Below are positions 17,427 through 27,006 of a DNA stretch of 46,156 nt, one piece after another. The notes beneath the pieces were generated by a model. That model ran no database searches and was not told the DNA's origin. It was given only the letters and a program-made list of their open reading frames with translations. How positions within the stretch are numbered: the stretch's first letter is position 1; each line of letters begins with the position of its first letter. The DNA lies in assembly GCA_035540635.1 (NCBI GenBank), contig DATLGH010000110.1, positions 1 to 46,156 of the forward strand, read 5' to 3'. The translations under genes and the position numbers were made by a program. The DNA is from Egibacteraceae bacterium. GTDB lineage: Bacteria; Actinomycetota; Nitriliruptoria; Euzebyales; Egibacteraceae.

Positions 17427-18628
17427 CCGACCAAGCGCACTCCGGCCCCCCCGTCCCCGGCGACGTGCAGGAGCGCTCCGCCGACTGGGCGGAGGAGGCC
17501 ATCCGCGAGCACGAGGAGTTCCACGAGCTCGCCCCCCACACGCCGGGCGAGGAGCACCTGTCCCGTGAGGAGCAGGTGCTCCAGAAGATCGAGCGGGCCC
17601 GGGCGCGCCGGGCGCGGATCAAGGAAACGCGCATAACGATGTCGCACGGGGCGGGCGGCAAGGCCACCCAGACGCTCATCGACGCGGTCTTCCTCGAAAG
17701 CTTCCGCAACCCCACCCTCGAGCGCATGGAGGACCAGGCGCTGCTCGACGTGGGTGGCACCCGCCTGGCATTCACGACCGACTCGTTCGTCGTCTCGCCG
17801 CTCTTCTTCCCCGGTGGCAACATCGGCGACCTCGCCGTCAACGGCACGGTCAATGACCTCGCGGTGTCGGGCGCGCGCCCGCTGAGCCTGTCAGCCGCAT
17901 TCATCCTCGAGGAGGGCTTCCCGATCGAGGACCTGCGACGCATCGTCGAGACGATGGCGACCGCAGCCGCTGCGGCCGGGGTCCAGATCGTCACCGGGGA
18001 CACGAAGGTGGTGCCCCGCGGCAAGGGCGACGGCTGCTACATCAACACCGCCGGCGTCGGCGTGCTCGAGCGGGACATCAGCCTGTCCGCGACGAGCGCG
18101 CAGCCCGGCGACGCGATCATCGTCTCCGGCCCGGTGGGCGAGCACGGGGTCACCGTCATGCTCGCCCGCGGAGAGCTCGAGATCGAGTCCGACGTCGTCT
18201 CCGACACCGCGCCGCTCCACGAGCTCGTGGATCGGCTGCTCGACGCGACGAGGGGGGTGCGCTGCATGCGCGACGCCACCCGCGGCGGCGTCGCCACCGT
18301 GCTCAACGAGATCGCAAAGGCGTCCCAGACGGCCGCGGTGCTCGATGAGGGCAAGGTGCCGATGCGCCCGGACGTGTTCGGGGCGACGGAGATCCTCGGC
18401 ATCGACGCCCTCTACGTCGCCTGCGAAGGGCGCATGGTCGTCGTCGTCGACGGCGCGGAGGCCGACGCCGCGCTCGAGGCCCTCCACTCGCACCCGCTCG
18501 GCAAGGGCGCTGCGGTCATCGGCTCGGTGAAGGAGGACCCGCCGGGGCTCGTGCTGCTGAAGACGACCTTCGGCGGCACCCGGATCGTCGACGTCCTCGT
18601 CGGCGACCCGCTCCCCCGCATCTGCTGA
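17423..18628 (+). CDS. hypE: hydrogenase maturation factor HypE (AIR-synthase-like), possibly with an N-terminal extension
   Basis: MSHGAGGKATQTLI... followed by the C-terminal PRIC. ATGA overlap with hypD. Confidence 0.9.
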   Translation: MTDQAHSGPPVPGDVQERSADWAEEAIREHEEFHELAPHTPGEEHLSREEQVLQKIERARARRARIKETRITMSHGAGGKATQTLIDAVFLESFRNPTLERMEDQALLDVGGTRLAFTTDSFVVSPLFFPGGNIGDLAVNGTVNDLAVSGARPLSLSAAFILEEGFPIEDLRRIVETMATAAAAAGVQIVTGDTKVVPRGKGDGCYINTAGVGVLERDISLSATSAQPGDAIIVSGPVGEHGVTVMLARGELEIESDVVSDTAPLHELVDRLLDATRGVRCMRDATRGGVATVLNEIAKASQTAAVLDEGKVPMRPDVFGATEILGIDALYVACEGRMVVVVDGAEADAALEALHSHPLGKGAAVIGSVKEDPPGLVLLKTTFGGTRIVDVLVGDPLPRIC

Positions 18629-18643
18629 GGCGCCGCCAGAGGG

Positions 18644-19081
18644 CTACGGCCCTGTCGGCTCGGGCTCGTCCATGAGCTCGGTGACCTGCGCGACGGCCCG
18701 AGCGAACGCGACGGTGGAGAAGGTCTTCAGCCGCAGGTTCACCCCGCCCCGCGGCCCGTCGGCCTTGAGGCTGAGCGAGACGTCGGGGTGGCGCATGTAC
18801 CAGCCGCCGACGGCGCGCAGGGCGCTCGCGCAGGCCGCCTTGTCGGGGAACTCGAGGAGGAACACCCGCAGGGTGACCTCCTCCGGCGGTGCGGTCGGGG
18901 TGAGGCGCGGACCGACGGCCTTCGCGGCCCCCGGCAGTGAGAGCTCCGGCAGGCGGGTGAGGCGCTGCTGGAGCCCCATCTGGTTCTTGAGCGCCTGTTG
19001 CAGCTCGTTCAGCGTGGTGGTCTGCTCCTCGACGTCGTAGGCCCCGTCGGGGAAGTTCACCACCACGCGCAGGTCGCTCAC
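18644..19081 (-). CDS. hypothetical protein, last gene of the moxR-vWA operon
   Basis: 4-nt overlap with the vWA gene. Confidence 0.5.
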   Translation of the reverse strand: MSDLRVVVNFPDGAYDVEEQTTTLNELQQALKNQMGLQQRLTRLPELSLPGAAKAVGPRLTPTAPPEEVTLRVFLLEFPDKAACASALRAVGGWYMRHPDVSLSLKADGPRGGVNLRLKTFSTVAFARAVAQVTELMDEPEPTGP

Positions 19082-20442
19082 AGCGCCCGCGCCACGAACG
19101 CCTCGAGCTGGGCGAGGTTGCGTACCTCCACGACCTCGTCACACGCCGGCGCGAACGCGCTCATGACCGAGTCGCCCGTGTCCCAGTGGTCCCGTGGCTC
19201 GGGGTTCAGCCAGTACAGCCGGCGGGCGCGGTCGGCGACACGCTCGAGGTACTCGACGCCGGTGCTGCGGAAGTTGCCCCGCGCGTCGCCCATGACGAGG
19301 ACCGTCGTGCGTGGCGCGATGTCCCTGCCGGCGCACTGCCAGAACTGTTCGAGGCAGTTGCCGTACCACGACTGCCCGTCGCCCTCCACGACGTTCGCCT
19401 CGCTCTCGACCCGGGCGAGCGCGGCGGGAAAGCTCCCCGCGGACTGCAGCAGGCCGGTCACCTCGTCGAGGGCGTCGACGAACACGAAGGTGCGGACCCG
19501 CTGGAACTGCGTGGCGAGCCCGTAGGTGAGCTCCAGCGTGAACTTGGCGAAGGCCCGCATCGAGCCGGAGATGTCGCAGAGCAGGACGATCTCGGGCTTG
19601 CCGGCGACCGGGCGGCGGAATCGCGGCTCGACGAGCGCGCCGCCGGTGGACAGCGATCCGCGGATGGTGCGGCGAAGGTCCAGCCGCCCCTGCCTGGCAC
19701 GCCGGCGCCGGTGGGACAACCGCATGGTGAGTTTGCGGGCGAGCGGTACGAGGGCCGCGCGCATGCGCTCGAGGTCGGACTGGTTGGCCCAGAGGAAGTC
19801 GACCTCGTCGGGCGGGGGCCTGCGGTTGCGTCCCGAGAGCTCCTCGGGGTTGAGCACGGCGAGCATCTCCGAGAACACCTCTTGGGTGAGCATGTCCCGG
19901 AAGGCCTGCATCCGCTCGGTGAGGTCCTCGGTGATGGCCCGGCGCTCGAGGACGGAGTAGCCCTTGCCGCTCACCTCGTCCTCGTAGAGCTGGTTGAGGA
20001 TGGCGTCGAGGTTCAGGCCCCGCAGGGCCCGGAAGACCGACGCGTCCTCGCTGAGGTTCGTCCCCGACTCGATGTCGCCGTGCTCCTGGACCCGGTCGTG
20101 GGCAAGGTGACGCAGGCGTTCGCGGTCGTTCGTGCGCAGCGCGTCGGTGAGCGTCTCGGTCGGGTCACCGCCACGCGCCACGCGCTCGGCCGTCGACGGG
20201 CCGCGGCGCGACGGGAAGTAGAGGTCGAAGGCGCGATCGAAACGCGGGCGCAGCGCCGGTTCCTTGCAGAGGGTTCCCGCCAGGCCCGCCCGCACGACCT
20301 CCCGGTGCTCGAGCGGCAGGGTCGGCAACGCCTCGAGCGCGTCGACGATCTCCGGCGCCGACACCGCGATGCCGGCGGCCCGCAGCTCGCGGGAGAAGGC
20401 GACGACGTGCTCCGCCAGGCCGTGGTCGCTCGGGTCATCCAT
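19078..20442 (-). CDS. VWA-domain protein (CoxE-like)
   Basis: Contains IVLLCDISGSM and the LYWLNPEP motifs typical of CoxE/VWA partners of MoxR ATPases. Confidence 0.8.
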   Translation of the reverse strand: MDDPSDHGLAEHVVAFSRELRAAGIAVSAPEIVDALEALPTLPLEHREVVRAGLAGTLCKEPALRPRFDRAFDLYFPSRRGPSTAERVARGGDPTETLTDALRTNDRERLRHLAHDRVQEHGDIESGTNLSEDASVFRALRGLNLDAILNQLYEDEVSGKGYSVLERRAITEDLTERMQAFRDMLTQEVFSEMLAVLNPEELSGRNRRPPPDEVDFLWANQSDLERMRAALVPLARKLTMRLSHRRRRARQGRLDLRRTIRGSLSTGGALVEPRFRRPVAGKPEIVLLCDISGSMRAFAKFTLELTYGLATQFQRVRTFVFVDALDEVTGLLQSAGSFPAALARVESEANVVEGDGQSWYGNCLEQFWQCAGRDIAPRTTVLVMGDARGNFRSTGVEYLERVADRARRLYWLNPEPRDHWDTGDSVMSAFAPACDEVVEVRNLAQLEAFVARAL

Positions 20443-21316
20443 CGTCTCTCTCAGCGAGCTCGCGCTCCACGGTCGCCTGGTCCACACGGTGCTTGAGCAG
20501 CGTTCCACCGGTGCGGACGAGCGTCTCCCGGTCCGTGGGCGACAGCCCGAGGTCAACGAGGGTCGCCGCCCAGTCGAGCGTCTCGGCGATCGACGGTGGC
20601 TTCTTCAGCTCGAGGCTGCGCATGGCCTGGACCATGCGCACCACCTGCTCGGCGAGCTGCTCGGAGATGCCCGGAACGCGGGACAGGATGATCGCCCGTT
20701 CGCGCTCCACCGACGGGTAGTCCATCCACTGGTAGAGGCAGCGGCGCTTGAGTGCCTCGGACAGCTCGCGCGTGGCGTTCGAGGTGAGGATGGTGACCGG
20801 CCGGGCCGTCGCGCTGATACGTCCGAGCTCGGGGATGGTGACCTGGAAGTCCGCCAGCACCTCGAGCAGCAGCGCCTCGGTCTCCATCTCGATGCGGTCG
20901 ACCTCGTCGATGAGCAGCACGACGGGATCGGGGGCCCGGATGGCGTCGAGGACCGGACGGGACAGCAGGAACGGCTCGCTGAAGACGTCGTCGAGGCCGG
21001 CACCCTGGCCGTTGCCCCCGGCCTGCAGCCCGAGCAGCTGCTTGCGGTAGTTCCACTCGTAGAGGACCTTCGTCTCGTCCAGGCCCTCGTAGCACTGCAA
21101 CCGCACCAGCCGCGCGCCCGTGGAGCTCGCGAGTGCCACGGCGAGCTCGGTCTTGCCGGTGCCGGCCGGGCCCTCGATGAGCAATGGCTTGCCGAGCCTC
21201 GCCGCGAGATACACGGTCGTGGCCGTGGCGGCGTCGGCGAGGTAGCCCCCCCGGCGCAGCACGTCGGCGGCCTGCTCGACCGACGCGATCTCGACCCCCG
21301 TCGCGGGAGCGGCCAT
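20435..21316 (-). CDS. MoxR-family AAA+ ATPase (CoxD-like)
   Basis: ATG at 21316 with RBS AAAGGAGG. Walker A GPAGTGKT and Walker B LLIDEVDR. Confidence 0.9.
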   Translation of the reverse strand: MAAPATGVEIASVEQAADVLRRGGYLADAATATTVYLAARLGKPLLIEGPAGTGKTELAVALASSTGARLVRLQCYEGLDETKVLYEWNYRKQLLGLQAGGNGQGAGLDDVFSEPFLLSRPVLDAIRAPDPVVLLIDEVDRIEMETEALLLEVLADFQVTIPELGRISATARPVTILTSNATRELSEALKRRCLYQWMDYPSVERERAIILSRVPGISEQLAEQVVRMVQAMRSLELKKPPSIAETLDWAATLVDLGLSPTDRETLVRTGGTLLKHRVDQATVERELAERDDG

Positions 21317-21353
21317 GGCGCCTCCTTTGTACGTCTCGTACGTCTCGGCCAGG

Positions 21354-21692
21354 CTACAGGCGGATGAGGACGCGAATGCCGTCGGCTGTCGGCTGCCGCT
21401 CGATCCAGGCGTGGATGGGATCCACGTCACCGAACGCCTCGGCGATCGCGCTGCCCTCGGGAAGTGGGCCCCGCACCCGCACGAAGCGCTCGTTGAAGGC
21501 CTGGACCTCGTCCTGGCCCGGGACGACGCTCTCGAGCCAGCGGACCGGAAAGGGGTGATCGGTGAGCCCCGAAGGCGGGCGGTCGCAGGTGAACGAACGG
21601 AACGGCAGTTCGGCGATCTGGGCGGGGCGGCGCCCGTCAGGCTCCGCCACCCGGCCGCACTGCGGACATTCCCCCGGATCGGTCATCGCCAT
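21354..21692 (-). CDS. hypothetical protein with an N-terminal CPQC motif
   Basis: ORF with a GC3 bias, located in the maturation operon. Confidence 0.45.
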   Translation of the reverse strand: MAMTDPGECPQCGRVAEPDGRRPAQIAELPFRSFTCDRPPSGLTDHPFPVRWLESVVPGQDEVQAFNERFVRVRGPLPEGSAIAEAFGDVDPIHAWIERQPTADGIRVLIRL

Positions 21693-21717
21693 CTCCCGTT
21701 CCCGCGCGCGTCGCCGA

Positions 21718-22212
21718 TCATGAGTTGCCCTGGAGCAGCTGGTCGAGCAGACGCCGGACCTCCGCGATCGCGACCTCCACCGCTCGGGCGACCGCCGGTG
21801 ACAGCCCGACCTCGAGCGTCTCCGTCTCCTGCGGCTGGCAGCCGACGAGCAGGAACCGCTCGGGCAGCACGCCCAGGGCCTTGGCGAGCATGAAGGCGCT
21901 TTCGGGCTTCGTGTAGTGCATGTCGGCGAGGAAGTCCCACCGGGCCAGCTGAGGGAGGTCGTCCACGTCGGCGACCTCCGGCTCGATGACCATCACGGTG
22001 CCCGGCGGGCGGCCGTGGTCGACCGCGTCGAGGACGATGAGCACGTCGGTCGGATCGTACAGGGCCGTCACGAGGTTGATCCCACCCGTGCCGGTCTCGA
22101 TCACCCGGACCGACTTACCGAGGTCGAGCGTTGCGAGACGGCGGGCGACCTCCACCCCGAACCCGTCGTCCCCCCGCAGCACCTGGCCGACACCGGCCAC
22201 GAGCACGTCCAT
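21718..22212 (-). CDS. hupD: hydrogenase maturation endopeptidase (HupD/HyaD/HybD family)
   Basis: Product MDVLVAGVGQVLRGDDGFGVEVARRL... is about 164 aa. Confidence 0.85.
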   Translation of the reverse strand: MDVLVAGVGQVLRGDDGFGVEVARRLATLDLGKSVRVIETGTGGINLVTALYDPTDVLIVLDAVDHGRPPGTVMVIEPEVADVDDLPQLARWDFLADMHYTKPESAFMLAKALGVLPERFLLVGCQPQETETLEVGLSPAVARAVEVAIAEVRRLLDQLLQGNS

Positions 22213-23057
22213 CAGCCGATGTCCCGCAGGGCGGCTCGGATCGCCTCCCGCCCCTCGTCGACACCCATGCGGACGAGCTCGGGAGTGTCGGCGCCGAGAC
22301 CGCTGACGAGCTGGTCGGCGACGTAGAAGCCCGTCCGCCACTGCTCGTCGACGAAGCCCGCCCCGAAGAACGCCTCCGTCGCGCCCTCCGCATCGAGCGC
22401 GTCCCTGAACGCGGTCATGAGGAAGTCCCGGTGCTCCTCGCACCACGGCAGCCAGTCCTCGAACCCCCCCACGCCGTACCAGAAGTAGTCGGCCGGCGGG
22501 CGGTCGGGCACCACTTCCCGCGACACCCGGATGGCGAGGCCCTCCGCGAAAGCCGTCCAGGCGAGGTCCTCGGGAGGCCGCGCGCCGAGGAGCGTCTCGT
22601 GCCACGCGTGGGTGTCCTCGTGTGCGACGAGCACCCGAGCCGGGTCGCGGCCCCCGAACCACTCCAGACAGTGGAGGACCGCCACGTCCCCGTCGACACG
22701 GGCGACGCACGCGTTCGTCGAGAACGTGCCGACCATGAGGACGTGGAGCGGCTCGGGCAGGTCATCCAGGCCGAGTGCGTCGCGGACCGCCGGCTCGACC
22801 TCCTCGATGAGCCCGGGCATCACCGGAGCCGCCTGCTCGACCGTCCGGCGGACGTCGGACAGCTTGTGGGTCACCGCGGGCACCTGCTCGGGGTCGCCGT
22901 AGGTCGCGAAGTAGGCGGCGAAGACCTCGGGATGACGTGCGCGGTAGCGCTCCTCCCACAGCACGCCCCGGGTCACGCGATCTTTGAGGAAAGCCGCCCG
23001 GGCGAGGGCTACGAAGTCTGGGGTGGTGTCGAGGATGCGCGCCACGTCGACAGCCAC
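22212..23057 (-). CDS. hypothetical protein with an HExxH motif (AHEDTHAWHE), a putative metallopeptidase-like protein
   Basis: ORF upstream of hupD on the same strand. Confidence 0.5.
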   Translation of the reverse strand: MAVDVARILDTTPDFVALARAAFLKDRVTRGVLWEERYRARHPEVFAAYFATYGDPEQVPAVTHKLSDVRRTVEQAAPVMPGLIEEVEPAVRDALGLDDLPEPLHVLMVGTFSTNACVARVDGDVAVLHCLEWFGGRDPARVLVAHEDTHAWHETLLGARPPEDLAWTAFAEGLAIRVSREVVPDRPPADYFWYGVGGFEDWLPWCEEHRDFLMTAFRDALDAEGATEAFFGAGFVDEQWRTGFYVADQLVSGLGADTPELVRMGVDEGREAIRAALRDIG

Positions 23058-23156
23058 GCTAGCACGATGCCGACGCCGGGCACGATGCCGCTTGGTGTTT
23101 ACCCACGGTCGGACCTATGGCAGGCTCGACGGAAGAATCGAAAGCAGAGGTGTGTG

Positions 23157-24239
23157 ATGGGGCTCTTCGACAAGATCGCAGGCAAGCCGGACAAAGAGGA
23201 AAGCAACGTCGAGCAGGATGCTGCCCGGCAGCTCGAGGCCGCCCGCCGGGACACCGCGCAGCAGCTCGGGGGAAGCCGCACCGGCGGTGGGTTCTCCGGT
23301 GCACCGCCCATGTCGCTCGGCTCCCGCCCGCCGACGGCTTCCGCTCCGGCGGCAACACCCGAGCCGGCCCCGCCGGCGACACCGCCGCCGGGCTTCCCGA
23401 CGCCGCCCGCGGCGAACCCCTTCGCCACGGGGGGCGCCTCCGCGACGCCGCAGGAGGAGCGCCGGAGCATCACCGACATGGCCCTGCAGGACCTCCAGCG
23501 CCAGCGTCAGTCGGCGCCGAGCCAGACCCCCTACATCAAGACCGCCCGCCTTCCCGAGAACGAGCTCGAGCGGCGCCGCCCGCCGGCGCCGGGGGAGTCG
23601 CTTCCCGGCGTTCCCCCTCCCCACATCCCCTCGGAGGATCTCCGCGATCAGGCGCTGCGCGAGATCCTCGAGCGCAAGGAACGACTTGACCGCGAGTACC
23701 GGGCACGCCAGGCGCAGCAGCACGGCGTGAGCGGTGGCGAAGAAGGTTCCGCGCCCGGCGCGCCGGCGGCCCTCGCAGGTCCTGCGGCTCCGACCGGTCC
23801 GAAGACCAAGCTCCACGGGCTCGCGCGCAAGAAGCTCAGCCGGCCCGCGCCGGGCGCGGTGAGCGGCACAGCGCCGTCGCAACCCCCGGCCCCGGCCGCG
23901 GCACTGCAGCAGGCCGCGGCCCCACCACCGCAGGAGACCGCGGCGCCGCAGCCGCGACGCGCGTTGAAGAAGCTCGTCAAGCCCGCCGCAGTTCCCGAGG
24001 CGGCCCCCGCCGCAGCGCCGACCCCGGCACCGCCCGCGGCCCCGGCCCCTGCCGCGAACGGAGCCCCGTCGATCGCGGCTGCGCTCACGGGGGTGAAGGG
24101 CGTCGGGCCGAAGATCCTGCGCGGGCTCGAGGAGCACTTCGACTCGGTGCAGGAGATCAAGGAAGCCGACCTCGCCGCGCTGACCGCGGTGAACGGCATC
24201 GGCCCAGCGCTCGCTGCGCGCATCCAGTCCTCGCTGTAG
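23157..24239 (+). CDS. Pro/Ala-rich protein with C-terminal tandem helix-hairpin-helix motifs
   Basis: Starts MGLFDKIAGK. C-terminal LTGVKGVGPKILRGL...LTAVNGIGPALAARI. Confidence 0.6.
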   Translation: MGLFDKIAGKPDKEESNVEQDAARQLEAARRDTAQQLGGSRTGGGFSGAPPMSLGSRPPTASAPAATPEPAPPATPPPGFPTPPAANPFATGGASATPQEERRSITDMALQDLQRQRQSAPSQTPYIKTARLPENELERRRPPAPGESLPGVPPPHIPSEDLRDQALREILERKERLDREYRARQAQQHGVSGGEEGSAPGAPAALAGPAAPTGPKTKLHGLARKKLSRPAPGAVSGTAPSQPPAPAAALQQAAAPPPQETAAPQPRRALKKLVKPAAVPEAAPAAAPTPAPPAAPAPAANGAPSIAAALTGVKGVGPKILRGLEEHFDSVQEIKEADLAALTAVNGIGPALAARIQSSL

Positions 24240-24346
24240 GAGGCAGGCAGTACCCTGAAATCCGGATCGCCGAAGCACTCGCGGAGGCGACGGTCAACAG
24301 TGCAGGGTGTGGCGGTCCCCGCGGCCGCCATGGAGGTACTGACTCC

Positions 24347-25645
24347 ATGGAGATGAGGGCACCGGCGACGCCGGAGCAGAAGCTTGCCGACCTCGAGGAT
24401 CGGCTGAAGGCAACGCCGCGTGCGGCGCGGCCCCTCGAGCACGCGGCGCTGCGCCACTCGATCGGTCTGGCCTATGCCGAGCTTCCCTCGGGGGACCGCC
24501 ACACGAACCTCCAGCGCGCGGTCGCGTCGTACCGGCAGGCCCTGAAGCTGTTCGGCGCCCAGCGCTTCCCCGTCGAGCACGGCCGCGTGCAGACCGCCCT
24601 GGGCGCGGCGTTGCGCGAGCTCGGTGAGCGGGACCAGGCGGTCGAGGCGTGCGCCCGAGCGGTCGAGCTGCTCGCCGGCGGACAGGCGCCGGGCGACCTC
24701 GGGGCCGCGCTGAACAACCTGGGGCTCACGCAGAGCGACCTCGGCCGGCACGAGGAGGCGGTCGTAAGCCTCCGGCAGGCGGTCGCGGTGTTCACCGCCG
24801 CGAAGGAGTCGCGTCAGCGGCCGATGGCGCTGCACAACCTCGGGCAGGCGCAGGCGGCCTCCGGCGACCACGCAGGAGCGGTCGAGACCTACGAGCAGGC
24901 CATCAGCGAGACCGACGACGAGTCACTGCCCTACCAGTGGGCGCTGCTTCAGCACGCCCGCGGCGTGTCGCTCACCGCGCTGGGCGAGGGACGTCAGGCC
25001 GCCGGGGCGTTCGAGGCTGCTCTAGGGGTGTTCACGCGGCAGCGCTACCCGTTCCCGCACGCGCTCGCGAAGAACAACCTCGGTCTCGCCTACGCCCAGC
25101 TCGGCGACGTCACGTCGCTGCGCAGGGCGCTCGCCGCCTACAGCGACGCGGTGCGCCTCCTCGACCCCCGACTGCACCGCCCGCAGTGGGAGCAGACCTA
25201 CCGCAACCTCGAGCTCGCCGAGTCGGCGCTCGAGGCCCAGGGCCTGAAGGCCACGCGGACCGAGCACTTCGTCGCCCTGCTCGCCGAGGTCGACGACCGC
25301 GAGCGGCTCGCGCTGCTCCGCCGGCGGCTGCTCGACCTGCTCGGGCAGCCCGACAAGCAGCGCGACGAGCAGCTGGCGGAGCTCGACCTGGCGGTGCTGA
25401 GGCTCGACGAGCAGGCGGGGAAGCAGGTCACCGCGACGTGGCTCGAGGTGCTCATGGAGCTGCCCGACGATCTGCTCATCGCCGGGTTGAAGGCCCGCAT
25501 GAACGCGCTCGCGCACCTCGACGACGACGAGGAGCGCGAGCAGGCGGCGGAGACACTCGAACGGGTCATCTCCTCCGAGCTGCTCGCCCCCCAGCGCATC
25601 CGCGTTCGCGACATGCTCGAGACCATGGGGTACGAGCGGCCATGA
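24347..25645 (+). CDS. tetratricopeptide-repeat protein
   Basis: Repeated A..Y..AL.L TPR-like units. Confidence 0.7.
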   Translation: MEMRAPATPEQKLADLEDRLKATPRAARPLEHAALRHSIGLAYAELPSGDRHTNLQRAVASYRQALKLFGAQRFPVEHGRVQTALGAALRELGERDQAVEACARAVELLAGGQAPGDLGAALNNLGLTQSDLGRHEEAVVSLRQAVAVFTAAKESRQRPMALHNLGQAQAASGDHAGAVETYEQAISETDDESLPYQWALLQHARGVSLTALGEGRQAAGAFEAALGVFTRQRYPFPHALAKNNLGLAYAQLGDVTSLRRALAAYSDAVRLLDPRLHRPQWEQTYRNLELAESALEAQGLKATRTEHFVALLAEVDDRERLALLRRRLLDLLGQPDKQRDEQLAELDLAVLRLDEQAGKQVTATWLEVLMELPDDLLIAGLKARMNALAHLDDDEEREQAAETLERVISSELLAPQRIRVRDMLETMGYERP

Positions 25646-26166
25646 CGTGCGGCAGTTCCGACGGGGATCACCGACGAGGCGAGCGAGGGGGTTCATCCGT
25701 GGTGAGCGGCAACGGGAAGCCTGTGGGGGACGACGATCTCGAGGAGGCGCAGGCGGTCGCGCAGCGTTTCCTCACCCTCGTCGGGGAGGGCGACCACCGG
25801 GGCGTCTGGGACCTGTTCTCCGAGAACGCCCAGGCCTACGTCCTCAACCGCGCCGTGGACCGCGGCATGGACTTCGACCTGATGAGCGCGATCCGCCAGG
25901 GCGCCGCCTCCGACGAGCAGTTCGACGACTACCTCCAGGACCTGCTCGAAGGGCTGCGCCGGGACCTGCGCGGTGTGGACCTCGCCCGCTTGAAATTCCA
26001 GGCGACGCCGGAGCCGGAGACCGCCGGGATGGTGCGGGTCGTCTACCTCCTCGAGATGGACGTCGCCATCGGCGATCAACGTCCCTCCATCCCGGCCGGG
26101 TCGGTGCTCGTCGCGCCGCAGGAAGGCGAATGGAAGGTGGAGCGGCTGATTCCCCGGCCGGGCTAG
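25642..26166 (+). CDS. hypothetical protein
   Basis: ATGA overlap with the TPR gene. Confidence 0.5.
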   Translation: MTCGSSDGDHRRGERGGSSVVSGNGKPVGDDDLEEAQAVAQRFLTLVGEGDHRGVWDLFSENAQAYVLNRAVDRGMDFDLMSAIRQGAASDEQFDDYLQDLLEGLRRDLRGVDLARLKFQATPEPETAGMVRVVYLLEMDVAIGDQRPSIPAGSVLVAPQEGEWKVERLIPRPG

Positions 26167-26168
26167 CC

Positions 26169-26972
26169 GTGCAACCGGCAGACGGCGACGACCTCTCCCC
26201 CGACCGGGTTGCCGCGGCGCTCGGCCCGGACGCGTCGCTGGGGCGACCCGTGCAGCACTACGGCGTCGCGGTGTCGGCCGAGTCGCTCGCGCTCGGGTGG
26301 GCCCGCCAGCACGACGCTCCCGAGGGCGCCCTCGTCGTGGCGGACGTCGAGCTCTCCGCACGCGGCCGGCGCGGCCAGACCTGGGTCTCCAGGGCCGGTC
26401 GCTCGCTGGCGTTCTCGGTGGTGCTGCGTCCGGGGCTGCCGCCCGCGGGAGAGGGCCTGCTGTGGCTGCTCGCGTCGCTGGCCGCCGCCGAGGGGCTCGA
26501 GGCCGTGACCGACCTCGACGTGCGGCTCAAGTGGCCGAACGACCTGCTCGTCGGCGGGCGGGGCATCGGGGGGATCCGGATCGACGCCCACCTCGGCCCG
26601 GGCTCCATCGAGTCCGCGGTCGTCACCGTGCGCGTCAACGTGGGCCTGCACGAGGACGACTTCCCCGCCGAGCTTCGCGGTGGGGTCACGAGCCTTGCGA
26701 TGGAGGGCGCGCAGCGGGCCCGGTCGGACGTGCTGGCCGCCGTCCTCGACCGGCTGGCGGCCCGCTACGAGGCTGGTGTGGCGAGCCTGCTCGACGACTA
26801 CCGGGCGCGCTGCGAGACGATCGGCACCCGCGTGCGGGCGCTGCTCATGCCGACCGGCGAGGCCGTGGGCCTCGCGGCCGACGTCGACGACCACGGGGCG
26901 CTCGTGCTCGAGACACCCGGTGGGCGCGGCGGCATCGGCGTCGACCGGGTGCAGCGCCTCGAGCGGGCCTGA
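26169..26972 (+). CDS. birA: biotin--[acetyl-CoA-carboxylase] ligase (BPL catalytic domain)
   Basis: Contains GRRGQTWVS...LAFSVVLRP...KWPNDLLVGGRGIGGI. GTG start inferred. Confidence 0.75.
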   Translation: MQPADGDDLSPDRVAAALGPDASLGRPVQHYGVAVSAESLALGWARQHDAPEGALVVADVELSARGRRGQTWVSRAGRSLAFSVVLRPGLPPAGEGLLWLLASLAAAEGLEAVTDLDVRLKWPNDLLVGGRGIGGIRIDAHLGPGSIESAVVTVRVNVGLHEDDFPAELRGGVTSLAMEGAQRARSDVLAAVLDRLAARYEAGVASLLDDYRARCETIGTRVRALLMPTGEAVGLAADVDDHGALVLETPGGRGGIGVDRVQRLERA

Positions 26973-27006
26973 ACGTCACGGGCGCTCGAGGGCGGCGCGC
27001 GACCGC

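Noticed and set aside
22131-23156. N-terminal 340 codons of the 702-aa ORF upstream of MGLFDKIAGK
   Set aside because: This part is Arg/Pro/Gly-rich and antisense to the 22212..23057 gene. The real start is assigned at 23157.
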